This document shows positions 17,958 to 25,401 of a stretch of 32,850 nucleotides of DNA, one piece after another; position 1 is the first letter of the stretch; every line of letters starts with the position of its first letter. Both the position numbers and the translations under genes were made by a program. The notes below the pieces were generated by a model. That model saw only the letters and a program-made list of their open reading frames with translations. It was not told where the DNA came from and searched no databases. Origin of the DNA: a virus; the IMG/VR virus record IMGVR_UViG_3300010163_000110, positions 1 to 32,850 of that record; one strand, written 5' to 3'.

Positions 17958-19417
17958 GTAAAGCTAATTCGAAGAATCCCCGACCGCTGTTGTATTTCAC
18001 GCTCGACGACGCCCGTCAGGGCATCGGCGCCATCGTCGTGTGCATTGGCTCGAAATATCCGTTTGAACCCCGAAAGGTGGGCGAAGAACGCCGGCCAACG
18101 AAGATCCCAACCTTTCGGGAACCGAACGGCCTGCATCACCGTAGCGGCATTCGAGAGGATGCGCGCCTCTTTGTTGCCGCCCTGGTGGAACCATTCGACC
18201 CGGACCGAAGGCGCCAGACGCTGCAGTGCCCGGGCGAACCCGCGGCCGCCGTTGTTGCTTTCAACGTATGCGATGCGGGTTCCGGTTCGTACCAGCAGCT
18301 CGGCCGCGCTGGCCTCGGTGACCTCCATCGGTTCCTGCGTGAAAAGCACATCGGAGACGTAGACTTTCAGGTCGCGGTCCACCACGTAGGAGATCGCGCA
18401 CAAAAAGTCCGTCCCGGTGTCGGCCGTGTCGATGTAGGCGCCGCGCTTTACGATCCGATCGGGTCCGGGTATTGCATCGTAGGTTTCGAATCGTCCGTAC
18501 AGCAACCCCTCCCGGCTGGCGGGGGCTCCCTGGTAGAGGCATTGGAAGGTGTGCGGGTCGAGCCTCCGCTTCACCTGCAGCGATTCGATGGAGTGGCGCG
18601 CAGGCCAAAGAGGCGCACCCGGTTCCCGGTCGTCGAGCTCTGTCGGCTCGCTCTCTTTGATCGCCTCGAAGTTCACGCGCGCCCAAACATCTTGCCCGGT
18701 TGGCAGTGCATCGAGCTGCTCGAACGTTTTGAGGTCGAAGACGCGCTCCCGGGTCGCGATCATCCCGACAAGGTCTTCTTCGTGCCAGCGCGTGAAGACG
18801 ATCAACTCCCGAGAATCGTTGTGCAGTCGCGTGCGGGCGACGGAGGTATACCAATCCCACGCAGCCTCTCGGATCGTTGGGGAGTTCGCCTCCATCGCAT
18901 CTTTGTAGAGGTCATCGAGGATCAGGACGTCGACCGTGTTTCCGGTCAGTCCACCGCCTCGTCCCACGGCTTTCAATCCGCCTCGGTGCCCGACGATCTC
19001 GAACTCCGACGAAGTCCGCATCGCGTTCGAAGCTTCGGCCGTCAGGTTCGACCGGTTCAGCTTGGGGCCCGGGAAGATCGCAGCGTAAGTCGGTGTGTCG
19101 ATCACCCGCTGCACGTCACGGTTGAACTTCTTCGCGAATGTGTCCGAGTAGGAAGCAATAGCGATCCGCAGGTCTGGATTAAGGCCGAGCAGATACGCAG
19201 GCAGAAGCCTGGTCGAGCCCTGGCTCTTTCCGTGTTGCGGCGGCATCGTTACGATCAATCTCCGCACCCGACCGTCTGCAAAGGCCTGCAGGATTCGATA
19301 GTAGGCCACATGAAACCGAGCGAACTCCAGATGCGGGAACACTGCCTTCGAAAAGAGCCCGAACGATTCCGCCGCCAGTTTCGCCGTAAGCCGGCTTCGA
19401 TCCGCCTCGCTACTCAT
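17954..19417 (-). CDS. terL: Terminase large subunit
   Basis: 487 aa. Walker A-like MPPQHGKS, Walker B-like VLILDDLY, and a C-terminal nuclease-like region. Preceded by a small-subunit-like gene. Confidence 0.85.
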   Translation of the reverse strand: MSSEADRSRLTAKLAAESFGLFSKAVFPHLEFARFHVAYYRILQAFADGRVRRLIVTMPPQHGKSQGSTRLLPAYLLGLNPDLRIAIASYSDTFAKKFNRDVQRVIDTPTYAAIFPGPKLNRSNLTAEASNAMRTSSEFEIVGHRGGLKAVGRGGGLTGNTVDVLILDDLYKDAMEANSPTIREAAWDWYTSVARTRLHNDSRELIVFTRWHEEDLVGMIATRERVFDLKTFEQLDALPTGQDVWARVNFEAIKESEPTELDDREPGAPLWPARHSIESLQVKRRLDPHTFQCLYQGAPASREGLLYGRFETYDAIPGPDRIVKRGAYIDTADTGTDFLCAISYVVDRDLKVYVSDVLFTQEPMEVTEASAAELLVRTGTRIAYVESNNGGRGFARALQRLAPSVRVEWFHQGGNKEARILSNAATVMQAVRFPKGWDLRWPAFFAHLSGFKRIFRANAHDDGADALTGVVEREIQQRSGILRISFT

Positions 19418-19787
19418 TCCGTTTCTTCACATCGGCCAGGAACGCGGCGACCGTATCGACGTCCATATCGCCCAAAGACACCTCGACGTCGTTGTGAGCT
19501 TTCACCTCGATCTGCATCGGTGACTTCTCGCCTATCGTCTCCGCGATCGCTTTGAATGCCTTCACGTCCCCGGCCTCGGCCTTTTTGATCAGCGCGACCG
19601 ATATGCGCGCCCGCCGGGTGGTTGGCTCCCCGTCCGGGCCCGTTACAACCTGGTCGAGGATCACCTGCAGCTCTTCGCGCAAAGCTCGGCGGGCCGCTTT
19701 TGACTTTCCAGCTGCAATTCCGCCCTTCCGCCCAATTTCTCGGGCTTCCGTCGGGGTAAAGGGGGGCCTTAATTTACCTCTTGCCAT
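19410..19787 (-). CDS. terS: Terminase small subunit (putative)
   Basis: 125 aa, with a basic N-terminus (TEAREIGRKGGIAAGKSKAARR). Overlaps the terL start by 8 nt. Confidence 0.55.
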   Translation of the reverse strand: MARGKLRPPFTPTEAREIGRKGGIAAGKSKAARRALREELQVILDQVVTGPDGEPTTRRARISVALIKKAEAGDVKAFKAIAETIGEKSPMQIEVKAHNDVEVSLGDMDVDTVAAFLADVKKRNE

Positions 19788-19818
19788 TTCTTTTTCTTTT
19801 GCCGTTTTTTTTAAGTTT

Positions 19819-20073
19819 CTACCTCTTCGCTGGTAACTTACCGTCCGACTGCTTGAAATCGAAATAAAGCCGCCCCAATCGCTTCAAAGTGGCAAAAACG
19901 CAATGCCCGCACGAACTGTCCGTCGCGATCTGCCGCTTTTCGGCCCGCGAAAGCACGGAATCCATCAGCGCCACGCCGGCGCGTCCCGGGTATCGCAAGA
20001 AGTCCGAAAACACGGCTTTGTGGAAGTGATCCTCGAAGGGCGCGAGCTGGTCGAACTCTTCCCGCGAAATCAT
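19819..20073 (-). CDS. Hypothetical protein (84 aa)
   Basis: Start at the internal ATG at 20073 (MISREEF), which forms an ATGA overlap with the upstream stop. Confidence 0.5.
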   Translation of the reverse strand: MISREEFDQLAPFEDHFHKAVFSDFLRYPGRAGVALMDSVLSRAEKRQIATDSSCGHCVFATLKRLGRLYFDFKQSDGKLPAKR

Positions 20074-20402
20074 AATCCGAATTTTTGGTTGCACAACTCG
20101 ATGACGCGGCCGAAGCCTTCCCGGAGCATCCCCAAAAGGTTGTGAATCTGCACCGAAAAATAGGAAAGCACGGCGATGTAGGCGACCAGATAGACCGAAA
20201 AACGATCGGCGAAGAGGGTCGCGTAAATCAGGCAGCACCACCACGTCATGCACTTCGAGCAGCTAACGAGCGGCAGCTTTACGGCCGCCTCCTTCACCCC
20301 GAACGCCGACGCGATGCCGCTCCGAAGGCTCGCAATAAAGCCCGAAAGGTCAACGACGTAAACGACGACGACCGCAAGGCAAAACAGTTCAAAGTAAATC
20401 AT
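20070..20402 (-). CDS. Small multi-pass membrane protein (110 aa)
   Basis: Start at the internal ATG at 20402 (MIYFELFCLAVVVVYVV), which forms an ATGA overlap with the upstream stop. Three hydrophobic segments and a CSKCMTWWC motif. Confidence 0.5.
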   Translation of the reverse strand: MIYFELFCLAVVVVYVVDLSGFIASLRSGIASAFGVKEAAVKLPLVSCSKCMTWWCCLIYATLFADRFSVYLVAYIAVLSYFSVQIHNLLGMLREGFGRVIELCNQKFGL

Positions 20403-20668
20403 CTTTTCAGTTGTTTTTTTAGTTTTTCCTGAATCCTCAAAACGATAAGACGCATCGAAGTTTTTGAAGACTGAAACGCGGCCGCCAGCTTCCGCAGCGA
20501 TCCCAAATGCGCGTACAAAACGAGCACAACACGTTCGGATGGAGTTAACCCATAGCGGATCGCCAGCTTCATCCGAAGCGCCCTGTCGTCGTCTTTCGTG
20601 CATCGGTCCGTGTCCGGCTCGTAGATCGGAGCCAGTTCGCGAAAGGTCTCAATCGCTTTCTCCGTCAT
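20399..20668 (-). CDS. Sigma-70 region-4-like HTH protein (89 aa)
   Basis: LTPSERVVLVLYAHLGSLRKLAAAFQSSKTSMRLIVLRIQEKL fits the region-4 pattern L.p.er.v..L....s..eiA.....s...v......kL. Confidence 0.5.
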   Translation of the reverse strand: MTEKAIETFRELAPIYEPDTDRCTKDDDRALRMKLAIRYGLTPSERVVLVLYAHLGSLRKLAAAFQSSKTSMRLIVLRIQEKLKKQLKR

Positions 20669-20966
20669 GGCTCCAAAAATTTAAACCCGCAAAGTCATTC
20701 GTCCGCATTCGAAATCGTCTCACTTGGATGTGATACGGCGAAGTTGTTGAGTAAAACTGGTTTTCGATGATTCGAACGAGAAAATAATTAATTTGCTCGT
20801 TTTCGTACAGCGAAACCAACGCCTCCTCATCGTATCGGAGCAGGGCTTCGTAGATGATTTGCGCAAGGTCGTCGAGCCCTTTTGCTGGACCTCGGCAAAC
20901 GTTCGCGATCAATCGCTCCACTCGCCGCTCGGTCGCCAAAAGCTCGACTACCTCGCGTCTCGTCAT
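20649..20966 (-). CDS. Sigma-70 region-2-like protein (105 aa)
   Basis: DDLAQIIYEALLRYDEEALVSLYENEQINYFLVRIIENQFYS fits the ECF region-2 pattern eDl.Qe....l............yL..i..N. Confidence 0.5.
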   Translation of the reverse strand: MTRREVVELLATERRVERLIANVCRGPAKGLDDLAQIIYEALLRYDEEALVSLYENEQINYFLVRIIENQFYSTTSPYHIQVRRFRMRTNDFAGLNFWSHDGESD

Positions 20967-21484
20967 AGGCGATCGGGTATTTTGAAGAGCTGTTTATCGG
21001 CTTTTCGAATCCACGCCGGTTTTTCCATGCCGCCCAGCCGCAGCGGGGCAAAATCGTCCATCCGGGAGCCCGTACGCGCCATTTCGTTCAACATCTCGCC
21101 GTAGCTGTAGACCTTGCACCGTAAGTCGCACGACAACACATCCGCCATCGTGAAGGTACGGTATCGGCAATTCGCAAGTACCTGACCGATAGCGAAGTCC
21201 AACCGTTCGGCGCTCATCTCTGTTTTTGCGATCCGCTCGGCCAGCAGGATGAAGAACCCCCGGAAGTCGTCCCCGGCCATTGCCGGGAATGCCGCCCGGA
21301 GCTTCGCCAGGGAGGCGTGAATCTGCGCCGGCGGCGCCGGAGCGCCCCGGAACGCGGAAACTTCACAACTCCCACTCTTGCGGAGTGTTAGCGAGAGCAA
21401 TGCCTTCGGCGACGGCTTTTGCAAAGTCGAGATCGCTTGTTCGCGGAGCCTTTCCAGTGCCGCGCCCACATTGTGTTCGTTCAT
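20963..21484 (-). CDS. Hypothetical protein (173 aa), start uncertain
   Basis: The track ORF start at 21484 overlaps the upstream gene by 122 nt. The next in-frame ATG is at 21280. Confidence 0.4.
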   Translation of the reverse strand: MNEHNVGAALERLREQAISTLQKPSPKALLSLTLRKSGSCEVSAFRGAPAPPAQIHASLAKLRAAFPAMAGDDFRGFFILLAERIAKTEMSAERLDFAIGQVLANCRYRTFTMADVLSCDLRCKVYSYGEMLNEMARTGSRMDDFAPLRLGGMEKPAWIRKADKQLFKIPDRL

Positions 21485-22319
21485 CGCGTTTTTCGTTGTT
21501 CATTCGTTCTTCAGCTTTCCGCAAGTAGTTGCGAAAGTGTCGTTTAGCATCCGACAACGGCTTCACCGTCGCCCCGTTGAGTTTCTGCTCGGTGCAAAAT
21601 TCGTGGATCATTCCATCGATCCAATCCCGCGACTTGTGCAGGTTCATGCACAAAGCCTCGATCCACACCGTCTCCGCCTGCATCGCCGCCTCGAGCTGCT
21701 CGATCGGAATCGTTACGTCAGCCGCCGCGGCCGTCTCCGTACCTTTTTTCGCGCAACTTTTTTGGCTTTTCGGCGATTTTGGCGTAGAGTTAGGCGCACT
21801 TCCCCCGAAAATCGAAAGCTCTTCGCCCGCGATAGTGGAGGTAGAAGAAGATAATTCTCGACCGTTAGGGAGAGAATTATATATACTCTTCTCTTCTTGT
21901 ATTACATTTGTATTACATTTGTATTCGTCGGCCGATACATTTGTATTACATTTGTATCCTTCCGCTTCCTTTGCCCATCGCTTATTGATTGCAGCTCTAC
22001 GTTTTACGCTAATCTCGTCCTTCGATTTCATTCGCTTCAGGAAGCCGCCGGAGTAGAAGTACTTACCGTCATCGGTAAAGACAAATAACCCGTATCCCTC
22101 GACTACCGCCTTTATTTTGGCGGCGTCTACACGAAGGTCAAAGGCTAACATGTTGTAATCTTTGACACTCATGTAAGTAGGCTCCTCGCGCAGTCGCTCG
22201 AGAATCATAAAGTAGATGCCGTAACCCTCCGCACCCATTTTAGCACGAAGCGGAATCAGCTTGTCAGAGTTTCTCGCATTTGAATCGTGCGGAAACCAGT
22301 TGCGCTTGCTGTCCCCCAT
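21363..22319 (-). CDS. Replication initiation protein (DUF4373 / Lin1244-like N-terminal domain)
   Basis: WFPHDSNARNSDKLIPLRAKMGAEGYGIYFMILERL matches the DUF4373 opening from memory. The central linker is encoded by iterons. Confidence 0.7.
   Translation of the reverse strand: MGDSKRNWFPHDSNARNSDKLIPLRAKMGAEGYGIYFMILERLREEPTYMSVKDYNMLAFDLRVDAAKIKAVVEGYGLFVFTDDGKYFYSGGFLKRMKSKDEISVKRRAAINKRWAKEAEGYKCNTNVSADEYKCNTNVIQEEKSIYNSLPNGRELSSSTSTIAGEELSIFGGSAPNSTPKSPKSQKSCAKKGTETAAAADVTIPIEQLEAAMQAETVWIEALCMNLHKSRDWIDGMIHEFCTEQKLNGATVKPLSDAKRHFRNYLRKAEERMNNEKRDERTQCGRGTGKAPRTSDLDFAKAVAEGIALANTPQEWEL
21900..21957. repeat. Four 11-bp iterons TATTACATTTG (two pairs split by CGTCGGCCGA), candidate origin
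   Basis: Copies at 21900, 21911, 21933 (interrupted) and 21944. Flanked by an AT-rich stretch at 21868-21899. Confidence 0.6.
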
Positions 22320-22321
22320 AG

Positions 22322-22588
22322 TCAGGCTTTTTTGTTGTGAACCCTTTTATGGCAGTCTGCGCATAGCGTCACCAGGCAGTCCAAATGCTGCCTCTCATTA
22401 CCTACGATCGAATGCCCGTCGACGTAGTACGTCTTATGGTGCACTTCGAGCGTGTAGTCTTTCCCGCACCGCTGGCAGCGGTGGCCGTCGCGCAAACGCA
22501 CGATCCGGCACACCTCTTGCCAGTAGGGCGTCTGGAGTTGGCGGACGTAGTTACTCTTCCGCCCCCTCTTGTGCTGCAGCCTCGACAT
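22322..22588 (-). CDS. HNH endonuclease
   Basis: CQRCG ... LEVHH ... CADCHKRVH: a zinc-finger plus H-N-H arrangement in 88 aa. Confidence 0.8.
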   Translation of the reverse strand: MSRLQHKRGRKSNYVRQLQTPYWQEVCRIVRLRDGHRCQRCGKDYTLEVHHKTYYVDGHSIVGNERQHLDCLVTLCADCHKRVHNKKA

Positions 22589-23153
22589 GATCGGTTTCGA
22601 TCGTTATGCCGAGCACCTCCTCGAACGCCTTGCGATTGGTCTCCTGGTTCGCGAACAAGGTTTGTTCGTCCCACTTCGGAAGCCGATCGACACGGCAAAG
22701 GCGGAATTGTCCGGCGATCCACGCATAGTACAGGTAATGCCCGTTGATCGGGATGCGGACCGTCGAATCGGTCGGCAGCTCCATCTCCTTTTGCCCGCGC
22801 TTCACCTGGTAGACCAGATCGCGGATCTGCGTGTTCACCGCTTGATACTTGTCCTCGGCCTCCTTCACCATCGTTTTCGCCAGCTTCTTGGCCTCTTCGA
22901 GCTGCTCTTCCAACTTCGGCTGCTCATCCTCGAGCAGTTCGCCGTAGTTGGATCGGATCGACGCCCGCTCGTAGTCGTTCAACATCCGAACGGCCGTCGT
23001 TCGGGGCATGCTTTCGGCGATGAAGGCGCCGGACAAGTGTTTGCGGATGGCGTCCATGCTCTCCGCCCCCTCGAAGATCACCGGAGGGAAGTTTACCTCC
23101 TTCGGCAGCACGAACTCCGGCTCCTCGGGTGTGTAGTTCTTAAGATCAATCAT
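22551..23153 (-). CDS. Hypothetical coiled-coil protein (200 aa)
   Basis: Start at the internal ATG at 23153 (MIDLKNY), 19 nt downstream of TATATATC copy 4. The longer track ORF has an Arg-rich implausible N-terminus overlapping the exonuclease gene. Confidence 0.5.
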   Translation of the reverse strand: MIDLKNYTPEEPEFVLPKEVNFPPVIFEGAESMDAIRKHLSGAFIAESMPRTTAVRMLNDYERASIRSNYGELLEDEQPKLEEQLEEAKKLAKTMVKEAEDKYQAVNTQIRDLVYQVKRGQKEMELPTDSTVRIPINGHYLYYAWIAGQFRLCRVDRLPKWDEQTLFANQETNRKAFEEVLGITIETDHVEAAAQEGAEE

Positions 23154-23172
23154 TGCGTTGTGTGTTTTGTGT

Positions 23173-23180
23173 GATATATA
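23173..23180 (-). promoter_or_regulatory. Conserved TATATATC motif (copy 4)
   Basis: Minus strand reads aaccTATATATCAcacaaaacacacaacgcaATG. It shares ACAACGCAATG with copy 3. Confidence 0.4.
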
Positions 23181-23197
23181 GGTTTTATAAAAATCGG

Positions 23198-24304
23198 TCA
23201 AAACTCCGAAATATAGGCCGGTAGCTTTGCCCGAATGATTCCGAAACCTCCCTCTTCGGCCTCGCTGTCGAACCCGGGCCAGCGGTTGGCATCTCGACAG
23301 CGCTTGACAGTCTCGAGCGCCTTGCGGTACTTTTGCTTGCCGATCTCGAGGTCTTCGGAATCCCAAAAGAGCAGCGCGACGCCGTAAGGCGCGACGCTTT
23401 GGATCATCAGCATCAGCGTGGCCGTGAACGGCCTCCCGGTGATCTCCGAGGCGACTTGCAGATACATGCCTTCGGCAAGCTCGTACTTGAACTTGGCGCA
23501 ATCGCTATAGAATTGCCGAAGTGATCCGGCGCTGGTCGTTTTCACCGATAGAATCGCGTTTATCCCGAAGTTTTCCGAAAGAAGCATCCCGTCGGGCCGA
23601 ATCTTCACCTTGAGGCCGGTCGCTTCATCGGTTCCATACATCGAGGTCTCCGTCTGCGCGTATCGCATCAGCTTCGGAAGGATGCCCCCGCCGTAGGTGT
23701 TGAACCCCGAACGGATGAAGTCGATGATCTTCGCGTCGGTCTCCGACACGAAGGTGAAGCCGGCCTCTTCGGCCTGCCGGGTGCGCTCTTTGATCTGCGA
23801 CCGCACGCGAGCGATCGGCCAGTCGTTGAGGTCGACGTCCGCGCACACGCCCAGCGCGTCGCAAAGGTAGAGCAGCCTCGACCGGCAGCCGTCGAGCGTC
23901 GAGAGCGAGGCATCCGGCATGACCTTGACCTTTTCGAACAGCCCCGGCTCGAGCACCGCCGAGTGGCAAAAGGTGCCGAATGTGAAATGCGCCCCCTCCT
24001 TTTCCGGGAGCTGCGCCGTCTTTTCGACGTAGTAATGCCGCGGACTTTGCATCGCCTTTTTAAGAAGCGACGAACTTTCGCCGGGCGCCGAGAGGTAGCG
24101 ATCCATCGCATCGTGCACCACCTGCCCGTGTACCGACAGCGCCTTCGGGGAGACGCGCTGCGGACGTTCCGGCAGATTGCGGATGCTCTCGAGCAGCTGC
24201 TCGAAGTTCGTATAACCTTCCGGTTCCGCCTTCGCCTCCGAGAGCGGCTCGGAGGCCGCCTCGAAGGTCGAAAGGTCGAACACGTTAAAGGGGATGCGCT
24301 CCAT
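23198..24304 (-). CDS. PD-(D/E)XK-type recombination exonuclease (RecE/DUF3799-like)
   Basis: FGTFCHSAVLEPGLFEK, then KIRPDGML ... AILSVKTT ... KYELAEGMYLQ, fits the G.a.H..lLEp / D ... (D/E).K ... Y..Q layout. The usual acidic residue before K appears to be Ser. Confidence 0.55.
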   Translation of the reverse strand: MERIPFNVFDLSTFEAASEPLSEAKAEPEGYTNFEQLLESIRNLPERPQRVSPKALSVHGQVVHDAMDRYLSAPGESSSLLKKAMQSPRHYYVEKTAQLPEKEGAHFTFGTFCHSAVLEPGLFEKVKVMPDASLSTLDGCRSRLLYLCDALGVCADVDLNDWPIARVRSQIKERTRQAEEAGFTFVSETDAKIIDFIRSGFNTYGGGILPKLMRYAQTETSMYGTDEATGLKVKIRPDGMLLSENFGINAILSVKTTSAGSLRQFYSDCAKFKYELAEGMYLQVASEITGRPFTATLMLMIQSVAPYGVALLFWDSEDLEIGKQKYRKALETVKRCRDANRWPGFDSEAEEGGFGIIRAKLPAYISEF

Positions 24305-24305
24305 T

Positions 24306-24722
24306 TCACTGCGGGATTTCGAGAGGCTTCACCGCCCAGCGGTCCGAATAGTAGGCGTTGTTCTTGTTCTTTTCCTTTCCCTTGTAGGTGATCTCGAACG
24401 CCATGCCGGGTTTGATCGAGGCCGCGTAGTTGCTGAAAACGGCTGTCAGGCGGCGGCTCGCCTGGCGGATCACCTTCTTGTCTCCGTTCTTCTGCGGCTC
24501 GACGAAATACGCGACCGTGAGGTCGATCTGCTCGCCGCTCTGCATATCGGTGGCCGCTTCCTGGCGAAGTTCCAAAAAGAACATGCGCCGCGTTTCGCCG
24601 ACCTTGGCCGGCGTCCAGTATTCGGCAGTGAGGTCGATCTCGGCCGGTTGGGCCTGCGAAAGGTCGGGGAGTTTCGTTCCGAAGATCGAAGCGTTCGGAA
24701 CCAATGAAGTTGCATTTTCCAT
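24306..24722 (-). CDS. Hypothetical protein (138 aa), coupled to the exonuclease gene
   Basis: Its stop is 1 nt from the exonuclease ATG. No family recognised. Confidence 0.5.
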   Translation of the reverse strand: MENATSLVPNASIFGTKLPDLSQAQPAEIDLTAEYWTPAKVGETRRMFFLELRQEAATDMQSGEQIDLTVAYFVEPQKNGDKKVIRQASRRLTAVFSNYAASIKPGMAFEITYKGKEKNKNNAYYSDRWAVKPLEIPQ

Positions 24723-24730
24723 CGTGCGAA

Positions 24731-25249
24731 TTATTTAAAAAGTTTAACAAAGGTTTCGGGGTTGAAATCGTTCGGAACGTATTCGCCGAACAGATCGTAA
24801 GTTTCAAGCCGGCACGCATTCGTGTATGGCACGATGCGTTCGAGCTCGTAGAAGTCATAGTCGGGTGCCGAGGCCTTGCGCCAGCGCAGCGCCACCATGA
24901 CCTCGACGGCGTAGGTGGTTCCGGCCGCATCCTCGACGTCGGCCGACACGGTCACGAAGTCGCGGGGGCTGTTCGACGCCTCGGCGGTCACCTTGTCGAA
25001 GAGCTGCTCGAGGATCGCGTCGGAGACATGCACGCGCGCAGGCGTCACCGGTGCGAGCCGTTCCGCCATCTTGTTCATCGCCGAAGCAATGAAGCGAACA
25101 GATTCGGCGCTATTCATGGCAATCGAAAAGAGCGGTGAAACGGTGCGTCGATCGGTAGGAGTGCAGTGCATCTTGGCGCTGTTGTTTCCGGTTGGCCCGG
25201 TACCACACCCGCCAGACAAGGCCGCGGACGCGATCCCATGGGGTCGCAT
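24731..25249 (-). CDS. Hypothetical protein (up to 172 aa), start uncertain
   Basis: Track ORF. Alternative start at the internal MNSAESV. Confidence 0.45.
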   Translation of the reverse strand: MRPHGIASAALSGGCGTGPTGNNSAKMHCTPTDRRTVSPLFSIAMNSAESVRFIASAMNKMAERLAPVTPARVHVSDAILEQLFDKVTAEASNSPRDFVTVSADVEDAAGTTYAVEVMVALRWRKASAPDYDFYELERIVPYTNACRLETYDLFGEYVPNDFNPETFVKLFK

Positions 25250-25269
25250 TGCAGACCCGAACTTCCATC

Positions 25270-25398
25270 TTATTCATTTTCTTCGAAAAATTTGTCCATG
25301 AAACGAGCGAACGACGCCTTGCGCTGGTCGTTCTTCAGCCACGCCGCACCCGCGGCGATCGGTGCGATCAGGGCGACCGCGGAAAAGAGAGCTGCCAT
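25270..25398 (-). CDS. Possible 42-aa single-pass membrane peptide (not in ORF track)
   Basis: Hand translation gives MAALFSAVALIAPIAAGAAWLKNDQRKASFARFMDKFFEENE. The ATG lies 3 nt after the upstream TAA and fills an otherwise empty 150-nt gap. Confidence 0.3.
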   Translation of the reverse strand: MAALFSAVALIAPIAAGAAWLKNDQRKASFARFMDKFFEENE

Positions 25399-25401
25399 AG
25401 G

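Noticed and set aside
17990-19555. 521-aa plus-strand ORF
   Set aside because: It is antisense to the terminase large-subunit gene, which has clear Walker motifs. Its composition is Arg/Pro/Gly-biased.
20649-20690. A_AAT_TTT heptamer (20676-20682, minus strand, X_XXY_YYZ-like, zero frame of the sigma region-2 ORF) as a -1 frameshift site joining the two sigma ORFs
   Set aside because: The downstream ORF is in the +1 frame, not the -1 frame. The -1 frame hits TGA almost immediately, so this heptamer cannot produce a fusion.
23668-24930. 420-aa minus-strand ORF spanning the exonuclease region
   Set aside because: It is out of frame with two credible coupled genes (23198-24304 and 24306-24722). 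Its translation is extremely Arg/Ser/Pro-rich.
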